NCBI GenBank assembly: GCA_963667785.2
Contig: CAXXMU010000002.1
Span: forward strand, 384,001 to 448,000
DNA from: Alphaproteobacteria bacterium
Lineage (GTDB): Bacteria > Pseudomonadota > Alphaproteobacteria > UBA828
Reading direction: 5' to 3'
Length of the DNA stretch: 64,000 nucleotides
Each line of letters starts with the position of its first letter. The stretch's first letter is position 1. The position numbers and the translations under genes are program-made. Positions 47,268 through 56,400 of this stretch are shown here, one piece after another. The notes below the pieces were generated by a model. That model worked only from the letters and a program-made list of their open reading frames with translations, was not told the origin of the DNA and did no database searches.

Positions 47268-47747
47268 GTGATCGATCGCATCAAGACACTGTTGAGCGCC
47301 GGCGTCGCGAACGGTGGCGCGCAGGAGGAGCCGGACACCCCGCGCCTCGCGGCGGCCGCGCTGCTGGTCGAGGCCGCGTGCATGGACGGGGAGTTCGACG
47401 GCGATGAGCGCGATGCCGTCTGCGCTGCGCTGGGCGAGCACTTCGGACTCAGCGACGCGGAGGCCGGCACCCTGATCGGCGAGGCCGAGGCGGTCCACCA
47501 CGAGGCGACCGACCTGCATCGATTCACGCGCACCATCAACGACCGCTACGATCATGCGGACCGGCTCGCCGTGATGGAGATGCTGTGGCAGGTGGTCTAC
47601 GCGGACGGCCGCCTGCACGCGTACGAGGCCAATCTGATCCGCCGCGTCGGCGGGTTGCTTCACATCACGGACCGGGAGCGGGGCGAGGCGCGCAAGCGGG
47701 TCCTGGCCCGTGCCGGGGACGGCGGGGAGCAGCCGGCCGCTTCCTGA
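47268..47747 (+). CDS. TerB-family protein
   Basis: [38 protein letters not shown]. Confidence 0.88.
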   Translation: MIDRIKTLLSAGVANGGAQEEPDTPRLAAAALLVEAACMDGEFDGDERDAVCAALGEHFGLSDAEAGTLIGEAEAVHHEATDLHRFTRTINDRYDHADRLAVMEMLWQVVYADGRLHAYEANLIRRVGGLLHITDRERGEARKRVLARAGDGGEQPAAS

Positions 47748-47793
47748 GGGAGGGGTCGCGGCGCTCGCGAGCGGAGCACGGAGCGAGAAGCGA

Positions 47794-48138
47794 ATGACGT
47801 ATCTGGTGATCGAGTCCTGCATCCGGTGCAAGTATCAGGACTGCGTCGAGGTGTGCCCGGTGGATTGCTTCTACGAAGGCGAGAACATGCTCGTGATCCA
47901 CCCGGACGAGTGCATCGACTGCGGCGTGTGCGAGCCCGAGTGTCCGGTCGAGGCCATCATTCCCGACACCGCCGGCGACGACGACGAGGGGAAATGGTTG
48001 GAGATCAACCGCAAGTTCGCCGAGATCTGGCCCAATATCACGCGCAAGGGCGATCCGCCCGATGACGCCGACGATTTCAAGGACGAGGACGGCAAGTTCG
48101 AGAAGTATTTCTCCGACAAGCCCGGAGAAGGGGCCTGA
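47794..48138 (+). CDS. fdxA: 7Fe ferredoxin FdxA
   Basis: [30 protein letters not shown]. Confidence 0.95.
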   Translation: MTYLVIESCIRCKYQDCVEVCPVDCFYEGENMLVIHPDECIDCGVCEPECPVEAIIPDTAGDDDEGKWLEINRKFAEIWPNITRKGDPPDDADDFKDEDGKFEKYFSDKPGEGA

Positions 48139-48336
48139 CCCGCAGTTTTCACTCGACCGGGTCCACGGCGAGCGAAATTGGCCCGCAATCCGGGCCGAAA
48201 CCTGGAAATTGCGGCTCGACTGTGATAGAACGAAGACGATTCGTGGCGGGTATGGAATGAACGGTTTCCCGCCCCGCGGCGCTGCCGAAATTGCGACAGC
48301 GCGTGGCTCCCGTTCGAGCAAGGAACAGCAGGTAAA

Positions 48337-49263
48337 GTGAGCAGCAAGGCGCCGCCCAAATCCAAGTCCCCCGTCAAGAAGCAGACCACGACCAAGGCTC
48401 GAAAAGGCTCCGCCGCCGCGGGGGCCGGTTCTCGGTCGCAGGCGTCGGCGCGCGCGCGGACGACGGCAAAGAAGACGGCTGCAGGCACCGCGCGGCGGTC
48501 TGACCCGCGGCGGGCGACGAAGCAGCCGGAGGCTCCGGAGGACGATGCCGTGAAGCCGGAGGCGGGGGCCGGGCGCACCAAGGGCGCCGCGGCCTCCAAG
48601 GCCTCCAGATCATCCGGCACCGCCAAAGCCACCAAGACCAGCAGAACCAGCAAGGGCGCCAAGGCCGCCAGGGCCGGGGGCGGGACGAAGACCGGGCGTG
48701 CCGGCAAGGCCGCTGCCGGGAGCAAGGGCGGCGCCGGCGGCGAGACCCGGCGCAGGAAGAAGGCGCCGACGAAGGTCAACGGTTTCGCGGTCGGCGATCA
48801 CGTGGTCTATCCGGCCCACGGCGTCGGCCGCATCACCGGGATCGACGAGCGTGCGGTCGGCGACCAGACCCTGCAGATGTTCGTCGTGGCCTTCGAGAAG
48901 GACAAGATGACCCTCCTGGTGCCGACCGGGAAGGTCGATTCCGCCGGCATGCGCCGGCTGAGCTCGCGGGAGACCATGGACGCGGCGATCTCCGCACTGC
49001 GGGGCCGCGCACGCACGCGCCGCGTCATGTGGAGCAGACGCGCACAGGAGTACGAGGCGAAGCTCAATTCGGGCGATCCGGTTTCCATCGCCGAGGTCGT
49101 CCGGGACCTGCACCGCAATGTCGGCCAGCCCGATCAGAGCTACAGCGAGCGCCAGATGTACGAGGCGGCGCTCGATCGGCTGGCGCGGGAGTTCGCGGCG
49201 GTCGAGAACACCGATACCGAGCAGGCCGCGAACAAGCTCGAGGACGTCCTACGCGCGGCGTAG
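48337..49263 (+). CDS. carD: CarD/CdnL family transcription factor with long basic N-terminal extension
   Basis: FAVGDHVVYPAHGVG, WSRRAQEYEAKLNSGD, QSYSERQ; about 145-aa K/A/R/T-rich N-terminus; start codon uncertain. Confidence 0.9.
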   Translation: MSSKAPPKSKSPVKKQTTTKARKGSAAAGAGSRSQASARARTTAKKTAAGTARRSDPRRATKQPEAPEDDAVKPEAGAGRTKGAAASKASRSSGTAKATKTSRTSKGAKAARAGGGTKTGRAGKAAAGSKGGAGGETRRRKKAPTKVNGFAVGDHVVYPAHGVGRITGIDERAVGDQTLQMFVVAFEKDKMTLLVPTGKVDSAGMRRLSSRETMDAAISALRGRARTRRVMWSRRAQEYEAKLNSGDPVSIAEVVRDLHRNVGQPDQSYSERQMYEAALDRLAREFAAVENTDTEQAANKLEDVLRAA

Positions 49264-49285
49264 GATCCCGCCTCGCCGCGACCAC

Positions 49286-50092
49286 GTGGGCTGCGCCACC
49301 AACGAACGGTTCGTGACGATCCGCAGCGGCGGACGCATCTGGGCCGTCGGCGCCATCCACGGCGAGGCGGAGAGGCTGGCGGAGCTGCACGCCGCGCTCG
49401 AGGAGCGCTTCCAGTCCGGCGACCGCATCGTCTACCTCGGCAACTATCTCGGCCTCGGCACCGCGGTCGCCGCCACCCTCGACGAACTGGTCGCCTTTCG
49501 CAGCGCGCTCCTCGCGGTGCCCCACATGAACGTCTGCGACGTGGCCTACCTGCGCGGCAGCCAGGAGGAGATGTGGCAGAAGCTGTTCCAGCTTCACCTC
49601 TCCGTCGAGCCTGCCAGCGTGCTGCGCTGGATGCTGGAGCGCGGCGTGCGGGAGACGCTCGCGGCCTATGGCTGGGATGCCGGCGATGCCGAGGGGCGCG
49701 TCAGCAACGGCGCGCAGGAGATCGCCCGCTGGACCAACGAAATCCGCGCCAGGATGAGTCTGCACCCTGGCCATCAGGAGTTGCTCGGCAGCGTGCGACA
49801 GGCGGCGTTCACCGATGACGGCGCGCTGCTCTTCGTGAACGCGGGAGTCGATCCGACGCGTCCCATCGACGCGCAGAGAGACGCCTTCTGGTGGGGGAGC
49901 GAGCAACTGGAGACACTCACCCCACCCTTTGCCGGTTTCAAGAAGATCATCCGCGGCCACGATCCGTCGCAGGGCGGCGTGAGCCTCGACGACTATGTCG
50001 CGACGGTCGATGGCGGCGCGGGCTACGGTGGCTCGCTTGCCGCCGCCTGCTTCGATTCAGAGGGGCGTGCACTCGATCGCATAGAGGTGTAA
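49286..50092 (+). CDS. Metallophosphoesterase-fold protein with degenerate metal-binding motifs
   Basis: GAIHG, YLGNYLG, LRGSQEE, FVNAG, RGHD, VDGGAG spaced like PPP/calcineurin-like motifs; start uncertain (GTG 49286 or 49313). Confidence 0.78.
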   Translation: MGCATNERFVTIRSGGRIWAVGAIHGEAERLAELHAALEERFQSGDRIVYLGNYLGLGTAVAATLDELVAFRSALLAVPHMNVCDVAYLRGSQEEMWQKLFQLHLSVEPASVLRWMLERGVRETLAAYGWDAGDAEGRVSNGAQEIARWTNEIRARMSLHPGHQELLGSVRQAAFTDDGALLFVNAGVDPTRPIDAQRDAFWWGSEQLETLTPPFAGFKKIIRGHDPSQGGVSLDDYVATVDGGAGYGGSLAAACFDSEGRALDRIEV

Positions 50093-50127
50093 GAGCGAAG
50101 ATCGCCAGCGACAGCGGAGGGAGCGCC

Positions 50128-51213
50128 ATGGACACCCGCGTGCGACCGGCCGAGGGCGTCGACGCTGCGATCTCCGAGCGGATGCACGAGTCCACGGTGT
50201 GGGCCCTGCCGGCCCGGTGGTACGCCGATCCCGCGATCTACCAGGCGGAACGGCAGCACATCTTCGCCCGCCACTGGCTCTGGATCGGCCGCGAGGGCGA
50301 GGTGGCCGAGCCGGGCCAGTACCTGACGGCTGCCCCCGCCGGTTTTCCGATCTTCGTGCGCCGCGCCGAGGACGGTGTACTGCACGGCTTTCACAATGTC
50401 TGCCGGCACCGGGCGTCGAAATTGCTGACGGAGCCGAGCGGCCGCTGCAACACCATCGAATGCCCCTATCACGGCTGGCGCTACCGCTCGGACGGTGCGC
50501 TGGACCACGTGCCGCTGTTCGGCGAGGCGCCGGACTTTCCGAAGGGCGAGCTGTCCCTCTACCCCGTCTCCGTCGATGTCTGGCGCGGCCTCGTCTTCGT
50601 GTGCATGGACGAGGATGCGCCGCCGCTCGCCGAGTGGCTCGGCCCCGTAGAGGACTCGGTCGAGCGGACCGCGCCGGAGCGGGCCAGCTTCGGGCGGGAA
50701 GTGCAGTTCCTTGTCCGCTGCAACTGGAAGACCTATGTCGACAATTATCAGGAGGGCTACCACATTCCGCCGCTGCACCCGGGATTGCACCGCGACCTGG
50801 ACTGGAAGCGCTACCGGGTCATCAATTTCCATGGCGGGAGCCTCCACGAGGCGCCGGCGAAAGGGAACTCGAATCATCCCGGTAGCTACGGGTGGCGATT
50901 CCCCAATTTCACCTTCAACTCATACCCGGACGGACTTTCCTTCATGCGGATGGAGCCGGTCGGTCACGCGGAAACGCGTCTCGTCTATAACTTTTGGCAG
51001 CCGGACTCGGTGAGTGCGGAGGACTTCGAGGCGACGGTGGCTTACGGCAGACTCATCGGGGAGGAGGATCAATGGATCGTTCCGCTGATCCAGGAGAACC
51101 TAGAGGCCGGCATCTACGATCGCGGCCCGCTGAGCCCGCGTCACGAGAACGGCCTGTTCTACTTCCACGAGATGGTGCGGGAGGCCGTCGGCTCCGCAGC
51201 GCCAGGCGACTGA
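50128..51213 (+). CDS. Rieske non-heme iron oxygenase alpha subunit (choline/carnitine monooxygenase-like)
   Basis: NVCRH...CPYHGW Rieske motif; NWKTYVDNYQEGYHIPPLHP and EED mononuclear Fe site; GGAGG RBS. Confidence 0.92.
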   Translation: MDTRVRPAEGVDAAISERMHESTVWALPARWYADPAIYQAERQHIFARHWLWIGREGEVAEPGQYLTAAPAGFPIFVRRAEDGVLHGFHNVCRHRASKLLTEPSGRCNTIECPYHGWRYRSDGALDHVPLFGEAPDFPKGELSLYPVSVDVWRGLVFVCMDEDAPPLAEWLGPVEDSVERTAPERASFGREVQFLVRCNWKTYVDNYQEGYHIPPLHPGLHRDLDWKRYRVINFHGGSLHEAPAKGNSNHPGSYGWRFPNFTFNSYPDGLSFMRMEPVGHAETRLVYNFWQPDSVSAEDFEATVAYGRLIGEEDQWIVPLIQENLEAGIYDRGPLSPRHENGLFYFHEMVREAVGSAAPGD

Positions 51214-52313
51214 CGCGCTCCATCCGCGTCACCTGGGACGACGGCGTCGCAGGGACCTTCCACCATGTCTGGCTGAGGGACAATTGCGGCTGTCCGCTGT
51301 GCCGGCACCCGCAGACACTAGAGCGGATCCTCGATCCTCTCGCTGTGCCGCCGGATCTCGACGCGGCGTCGGTCGCGCTCGCCGACGACGGCGGGCTCCG
51401 GGTCGAGTGGCGGCCCGAGGGTCATGTCAGCGTCTACGCCGCCGGCTGGCTCAGGATCCATCACGAGAGGGGCGCCGACAGCCCGACCTGCCGTCCGGCA
51501 CCCGCGACCTGGGGCGCGGAGCTCTCGGACGCCATGCCAAGCGCGGACTACGATGCGGTCAGCGGCAGCGACGCCGCCCTCCTCGACTGGCTCCTCTCAT
51601 TGCGGGACCGCGGCGTTGCCGTCCTGCGCGGCACCCCGCGCGAGCCGCTCTCCGTGTTCGCGCTCGCGCGGCTCATCGGCCCGGTGCGGGCGACCAATTT
51701 CGGCGAGCACTTCGACGTGGTCTCGATGCCCGATCCCAACAGCAACGCCTACACGGCGCTCGGGCTGCTCTGCCACACCGATCTGCCCAACTGGGAGCGG
51801 CCGCCCGACTACCAGCTCCTGCACTGCCTGGAGAATGGCGCCGAGGGCGGCGACTCGCTCCTCGTGGACGGCTTCGCGGCGGCCGAGACGCTGCGCCGGC
51901 GCGATCCGGCCGCCTTCCGGCTGCTCAGCCGGCACCCGATCGACTTCCGCTTCCAGGACCGGGTCTCGGACATCCGCTACCGCGCGCTCACCATCGGCCT
52001 GGACGAGGCCGGCGCGGTCGAGGAGGTGCGATTCAACTTTGCCGTGATGGGCGCGGTCAGCGCGCCTGCGCAACGCACCGGCGCGCTCTGCCGCGCGCTG
52101 CGCGCCTTCGCCGCGGTGATCCGCGACCCGGCGCTGGAATGCCGCTATCCTCTGCGCGCAGGCGAGCTCCTGGTGTTCGACAACCGGCGCGTGCTGCACG
52201 GACGGACGGCGTTCGATCCCTCGACCGGGCGTCGCCACCTGCAGGGCTGCTACGTGGACCGTGACCAGCTCCTGAGCCGCATCCGCGTCCTGTCGCGCAC
52301 CACCGTGCAGTAG
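51210..52313 (+). CDS. Gamma-butyrobetaine/trimethyllysine dioxygenase-like (TauD family); start codon unresolved
   Basis: WDDG...WLRDNCGCPLC N-terminal domain, HTD, VDGF, DNRRVLHGR, RHLQGCY. Confidence 0.88.
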   Translation: MTRSIRVTWDDGVAGTFHHVWLRDNCGCPLCRHPQTLERILDPLAVPPDLDAASVALADDGGLRVEWRPEGHVSVYAAGWLRIHHERGADSPTCRPAPATWGAELSDAMPSADYDAVSGSDAALLDWLLSLRDRGVAVLRGTPREPLSVFALARLIGPVRATNFGEHFDVVSMPDPNSNAYTALGLLCHTDLPNWERPPDYQLLHCLENGAEGGDSLLVDGFAAAETLRRRDPAAFRLLSRHPIDFRFQDRVSDIRYRALTIGLDEAGAVEEVRFNFAVMGAVSAPAQRTGALCRALRAFAAVIRDPALECRYPLRAGELLVFDNRRVLHGRTAFDPSTGRRHLQGCYVDRDQLLSRIRVLSRTTVQ

Positions 52314-52486
52314 AGCGTATCCGTCTGTGACGGATAGGCGACAGGCCGCGACCGCGGCCCGCCGCTCATGCGGCGCGCCCGCATCGTGCGCTCCGCGCGC
52401 GTGGACGCGCGACGGCGCCGGCCGCAGGCCGGCTGCCGTGAGCGACAAAGAGCAAGAGCGTTTCCGAGTGAAACGGAAACGCTCTT
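52311..52486. repeat. Intergenic palindromic repeat element (RIME/CIR/MITE-like), copy 2
   Basis: TAGAGCGTATCCGT...ACGGAAACGCTCTT near-inverted termini; terminal hairpin AAGAGCGTTTCCG/CGGAAACGCTCTT; left end is the TAG stop of the dioxygenase; homologous to 17523-17683. Confidence 0.88.
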
Positions 52487-52507
52487 GACGGCGGGAGGCG
52501 CGACGCC

Positions 52508-53473
52508 TCAGTTGAACTCGCGCTCCAGCGCCTCGGCGAGCTCGAAGATGTCCACGCAGGCGCCGTGGTGGGCGACGTTGAAGATGGGCGCCTCCGGGTC
52601 GGTGTTGACCGCGATGATGGTGTCCACGTGCTTCATCCCGGCCAGGTGCTGGACCGCGCCGGAGATGCCGAGCGCGAGGTAGAGTGAGCAGTTGGCCGCG
52701 ATCGTGCCGGATTGCCCCACCTGGTGCGCCTTCGGCAGCCAGCCCGAATCCGCAACCGGGCGGGAGCAGCCGAGCGTGGCGCCCAGCCGCTCCGCGAGCG
52801 CCGCGAACTGCGGCAGGTTCGTGTCCTCCCCGAGGGCGCGCCCAACGGAGAGGATGAACTCGGCCTTGCCGATGTCCACGTCGGCCGGCGGCGCCGGGAG
52901 ATAGTCGATGTGGCGGCCGGTGCCGGCAACGGGCTCCGCCTTGATCGCAAAGGGGACGACCGCCGCGCCGCCGGGCTCTTCCGCCGCCTTGAAGGTCGCG
53001 CCCCGGAGCGTCAGCACGACCACGGGCTTGCCGGGGAAGGCGAGGTCCATCGCCACCTTGCCGCCGTAGCCGCCCCGGCTGGCGACGAGCTCGCCGCCCT
53101 GGAGCGCGAGCCCGAAGACGTCGGAAGCGAAGCCCGAGCCGAGCCGGGCGGCCACGGCCGGGCCGAAGGCCATGCCGGCGGCGGTGTGGCCGACCAGCAC
53201 GAGGCGGGCCTGGCGCGCTTCGGCCACGGCGCACGCGGCCTCCTCGTAGAGCGCGGGGTCGAAGTGCGGATCGGATGCCGCGACCGTGACGACCTCGTCG
53301 ACGCCCGCCCGGTTGGCCGCATCGGCCAGCGCCCCTGTGTCGTCCCCGATGACGAGCACGGCGAGCGGACCGCCGAAATCGTCCTTCAGCGCCGCCGCGG
53401 CGCCGATCATTTCCTGCGTGATGTCGCGCAGCGCGCCGTCGAAATGCTCGGCGACGACCAGGATGCCGGCCAT
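52508..53473 (-). CDS. etfA: Electron transfer flavoprotein alpha subunit
   Basis: ILVVAEH, GCSRPVAD, QVGQSG, GISGAVQHLAGM, AVNTDPEAPIF. Confidence 0.95.
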   Translation of the reverse strand: MAGILVVAEHFDGALRDITQEMIGAAAALKDDFGGPLAVLVIGDDTGALADAANRAGVDEVVTVAASDPHFDPALYEEAACAVAEARQARLVLVGHTAAGMAFGPAVAARLGSGFASDVFGLALQGGELVASRGGYGGKVAMDLAFPGKPVVVLTLRGATFKAAEEPGGAAVVPFAIKAEPVAGTGRHIDYLPAPPADVDIGKAEFILSVGRALGEDTNLPQFAALAERLGATLGCSRPVADSGWLPKAHQVGQSGTIAANCSLYLALGISGAVQHLAGMKHVDTIIAVNTDPEAPIFNVAHHGACVDIFELAEALEREFN

Positions 53474-56400
53474 CACGCCTCTCCCCGCTTCTCGCGAATG
53501 ATCCCGGCGATGGCTGCGGCGACCGCCGCCGCGTCGCCCTCGATCATCGCCGCGCGGCCGCTCTTGGGCGGCTCGTAGAGCCGGCGCACCACCGCGCCCG
53601 CCTGGTCGAGGCCGACGCCAGCGCCGTCCACCACGGCGACGGGCTTCTTCTTCGCCTGCTTGATCATGCGCATGGTGGCGTAGCGCGGCGTGTTGCCGCC
53701 GGTCTGAATCGTGAGCAGCGCCGGCGCCGGGAGCGCAAGCTGCTGGCGCATGCCGCCCTCGAGCTCGCGGGTCACGGTCATCGTCTCGCCGCCGTCCCAG
53801 TCGATACCGAGGACCACGGCCGCATGGGGCACGCCGAGGACGCGGGCCAGCGCCGAGCCGGTGGCGCCGTGGCCGAGGTCGGCCGACTGCGCGCCGGTCA
53901 TGATGATGTCCGGCGCCTCCTGCTCGGCGACGCCCGCCAGCACGCGGGCGACGGTCACCGGGTCGGCGTCGCGCAGCGTCTCGTCCCAGACCCGGACGCC
54001 CCGGTGGGCGCCCTTGGCGAGAGCCCGGCGCAAGGTGTCCTCGACATCCTCGGGGCCGATGGTGACCGCGACCACCTCGCCCGCGCCGAGCTTCTCGGTC
54101 AGCAGCAGCGCCTCCTCGAGCGCCGCCTCGTCCCACTCGTTGAGCTCGTGCTCGAAGTGCTCGTCGGCGATGGTGCGCGCCTCCTCGTCGATGACGAAGT
54201 CCGCGTTGAGCTCGCCCACGCGCTTGACGGCGACGAGCACGCGGGGGCCGTCCTTCGCCGGCACCTCGTAAGGAGGCAGCGTCGCCGCGCCGACCGGCGC
54301 CGGGCGCCAGGGGCCGGCGTCCGCCGCCGGCGTCTCCGGCCCGGCTTCCGCTGCGGGCGCCTCTCGCGCGGCGGGCTGTGGGGCGGCGGCGAGCGCAGGC
54401 GCGCGCTCGGAAAGATCCTGCGCCACCCTGTCGGCCACGGCGTCGGCGAGGCGATCGGCCAGCCGTTCCGCCACGGCGTCGGCGATACGGGCGGCGGCGG
54501 CATCGGCGATGCGATCGACCAGCGCCGGCACCTCCTTGAGGTCGATGCTCTTCAGATCGATCGCCTCTGCCACCAGCTCCGCCAGGTCCTGAACGACGAA
54601 GTCGCTCTCGTGGCCGCTGGTCTTGCGGGCGTCCTCGAACATGGTCATGTCCTTGGGGCAACAGACGACGAAGGCGTCGAGATTACCGAGAGACGCCGCC
54701 TCGTGCATCCGGTTCTCCGCAGGCTTCTCCTTGCCCACCGGATCGGGCATCCAGATGCGCCCCCCGCCGGCTCCGCAGCAGAACGAATTGTCGCGGCAAC
54801 GCGGCATGTCGACGAGCTCGCAGCCGATCAGCTCCAGCACCCGGCGCGGCTCGTCGTAGTGGCCGTTGAGCCGGCCCAGATGGCAGGGATCGTGCAGCGT
54901 CACCCGTCTGCCGAGCGGCTTGGTCACGGTGAGCCGCCCGCTCTCCAGCAGCTCGGCGAGAACGCTGGTGTAGTGGCGGATGGGCGCGACATCGCCGAAG
55001 TCCGGATACTCGTTGCGGATGGTGTTGTAGCTGTGGGGATCGGTGGTCACGATGGCGTCGAACTGCTTTGCCTCCGCCATCGCGCCCAGATTGTGCTCCG
55101 CGAGGGATTCGAAGAGGCCCTCTTCGCCGACCCGGCGCACGTCGTTGCCGGCTGTCCGCTCGGCCTCGTGGAGCAGGCCGAAGTCGAGGCCGGCGACGCG
55201 GAAGAGGCGCGCCACGGTGCGCGAGACCTCCTGGTTGCGCGGATCGTAGGAGGCGTAGTCGCCGACGAACCAGAGGTGGTCGGCCGGCTCCTCGCGGATG
55301 TCCTTCACCGGGAACTCGAGCGCCGCGGTCCAGCCGGCACGGGTGCGCGGGCTCTCGCCGAAGCTGTTGCCGCGGTTGGCGATCATGTCGAGGGTATCGC
55401 GCAACTGCTGCTCCATGGTGCCGTCCTCGACCAGCCGGCGCCGCATCTGCACGATCATCGGCGGGTGCTCGATGCCCACCGGGCAGATCTCCATGCAGGC
55501 GCCGCAGGAGCGGCAGGACCAGAGCGTCTCCGCCTCGATCACGTCGCCGATGAGCGAAAGTCCCGCGTCCTCTCCCGGCCGGAAGGCACTGCGTGCCGCA
55601 TGGGTGCGCAGATCGAGGATCAGGTCGCGCGGGCTGAGCGGCGCGCCGCTGGCGGTGGCGGGGCAGGCCTCGTGGCAGCGGCCGCACTTGGTGCAGGCGT
55701 CGAGGTTTAGCAGGTCCTTCCACGAGAACTGCGCGATGCTGCCGAAGCCGACCTCGGGCTCGACGTCGTTCCCATCCACCGCGGCGGCGGCGCCTGCGGA
55801 CTCCGGGCGGGGCATCGGGAGGCGGCTGAGCGCGTTCGCGTCGCGGGTCGAGAGCGAGCCGAGCACGGCGATCAGGTGCTTCGCCTTGGTCCACGGGATC
55901 GCGGCGATGAAGGCCAAAGCGGCGATGCCGTGAATCCACCAGTTGGCGCGGCGCACGGCGGCCGCGGCGGCCTCGTCCATGCCGAGCCCCAGGAATATCT
56001 GGGCGAGCACCCAGCCCACCGGCGACCACGCCCCCCAGGCGGGCTGGTCCATGGCGAGCCGCACCCCTTCCTGGAGGAAGCCCGTCAGCGCGATCAGCAG
56101 CAGCGCCCAGAGGAAGAGCGCGTCGTCCCTGAGCCAGGCGCGGGCGCGGGGTCGTTCTTCCGTCTCGCCGCGGTAGTCCCGGCGGTAGGCGAGCTTGGCG
56201 GGACGGACCTTCCAGCGCCGCCACATCATGTAGACGCAGCCGGCGATCAGCCCGAGGCCGGCGAGGTCGGCGATCAGGCTGAAGACGAGGTAGAAGGTGC
56301 CGTGCCAGAAGGTGAAGCCGAAGAACGGCTCCGAGATGTCGTACTCGACCGTGATGATGCTGGTCGCGGCCAGCAGCAGGAGGAAGCCGTACATGATCGG

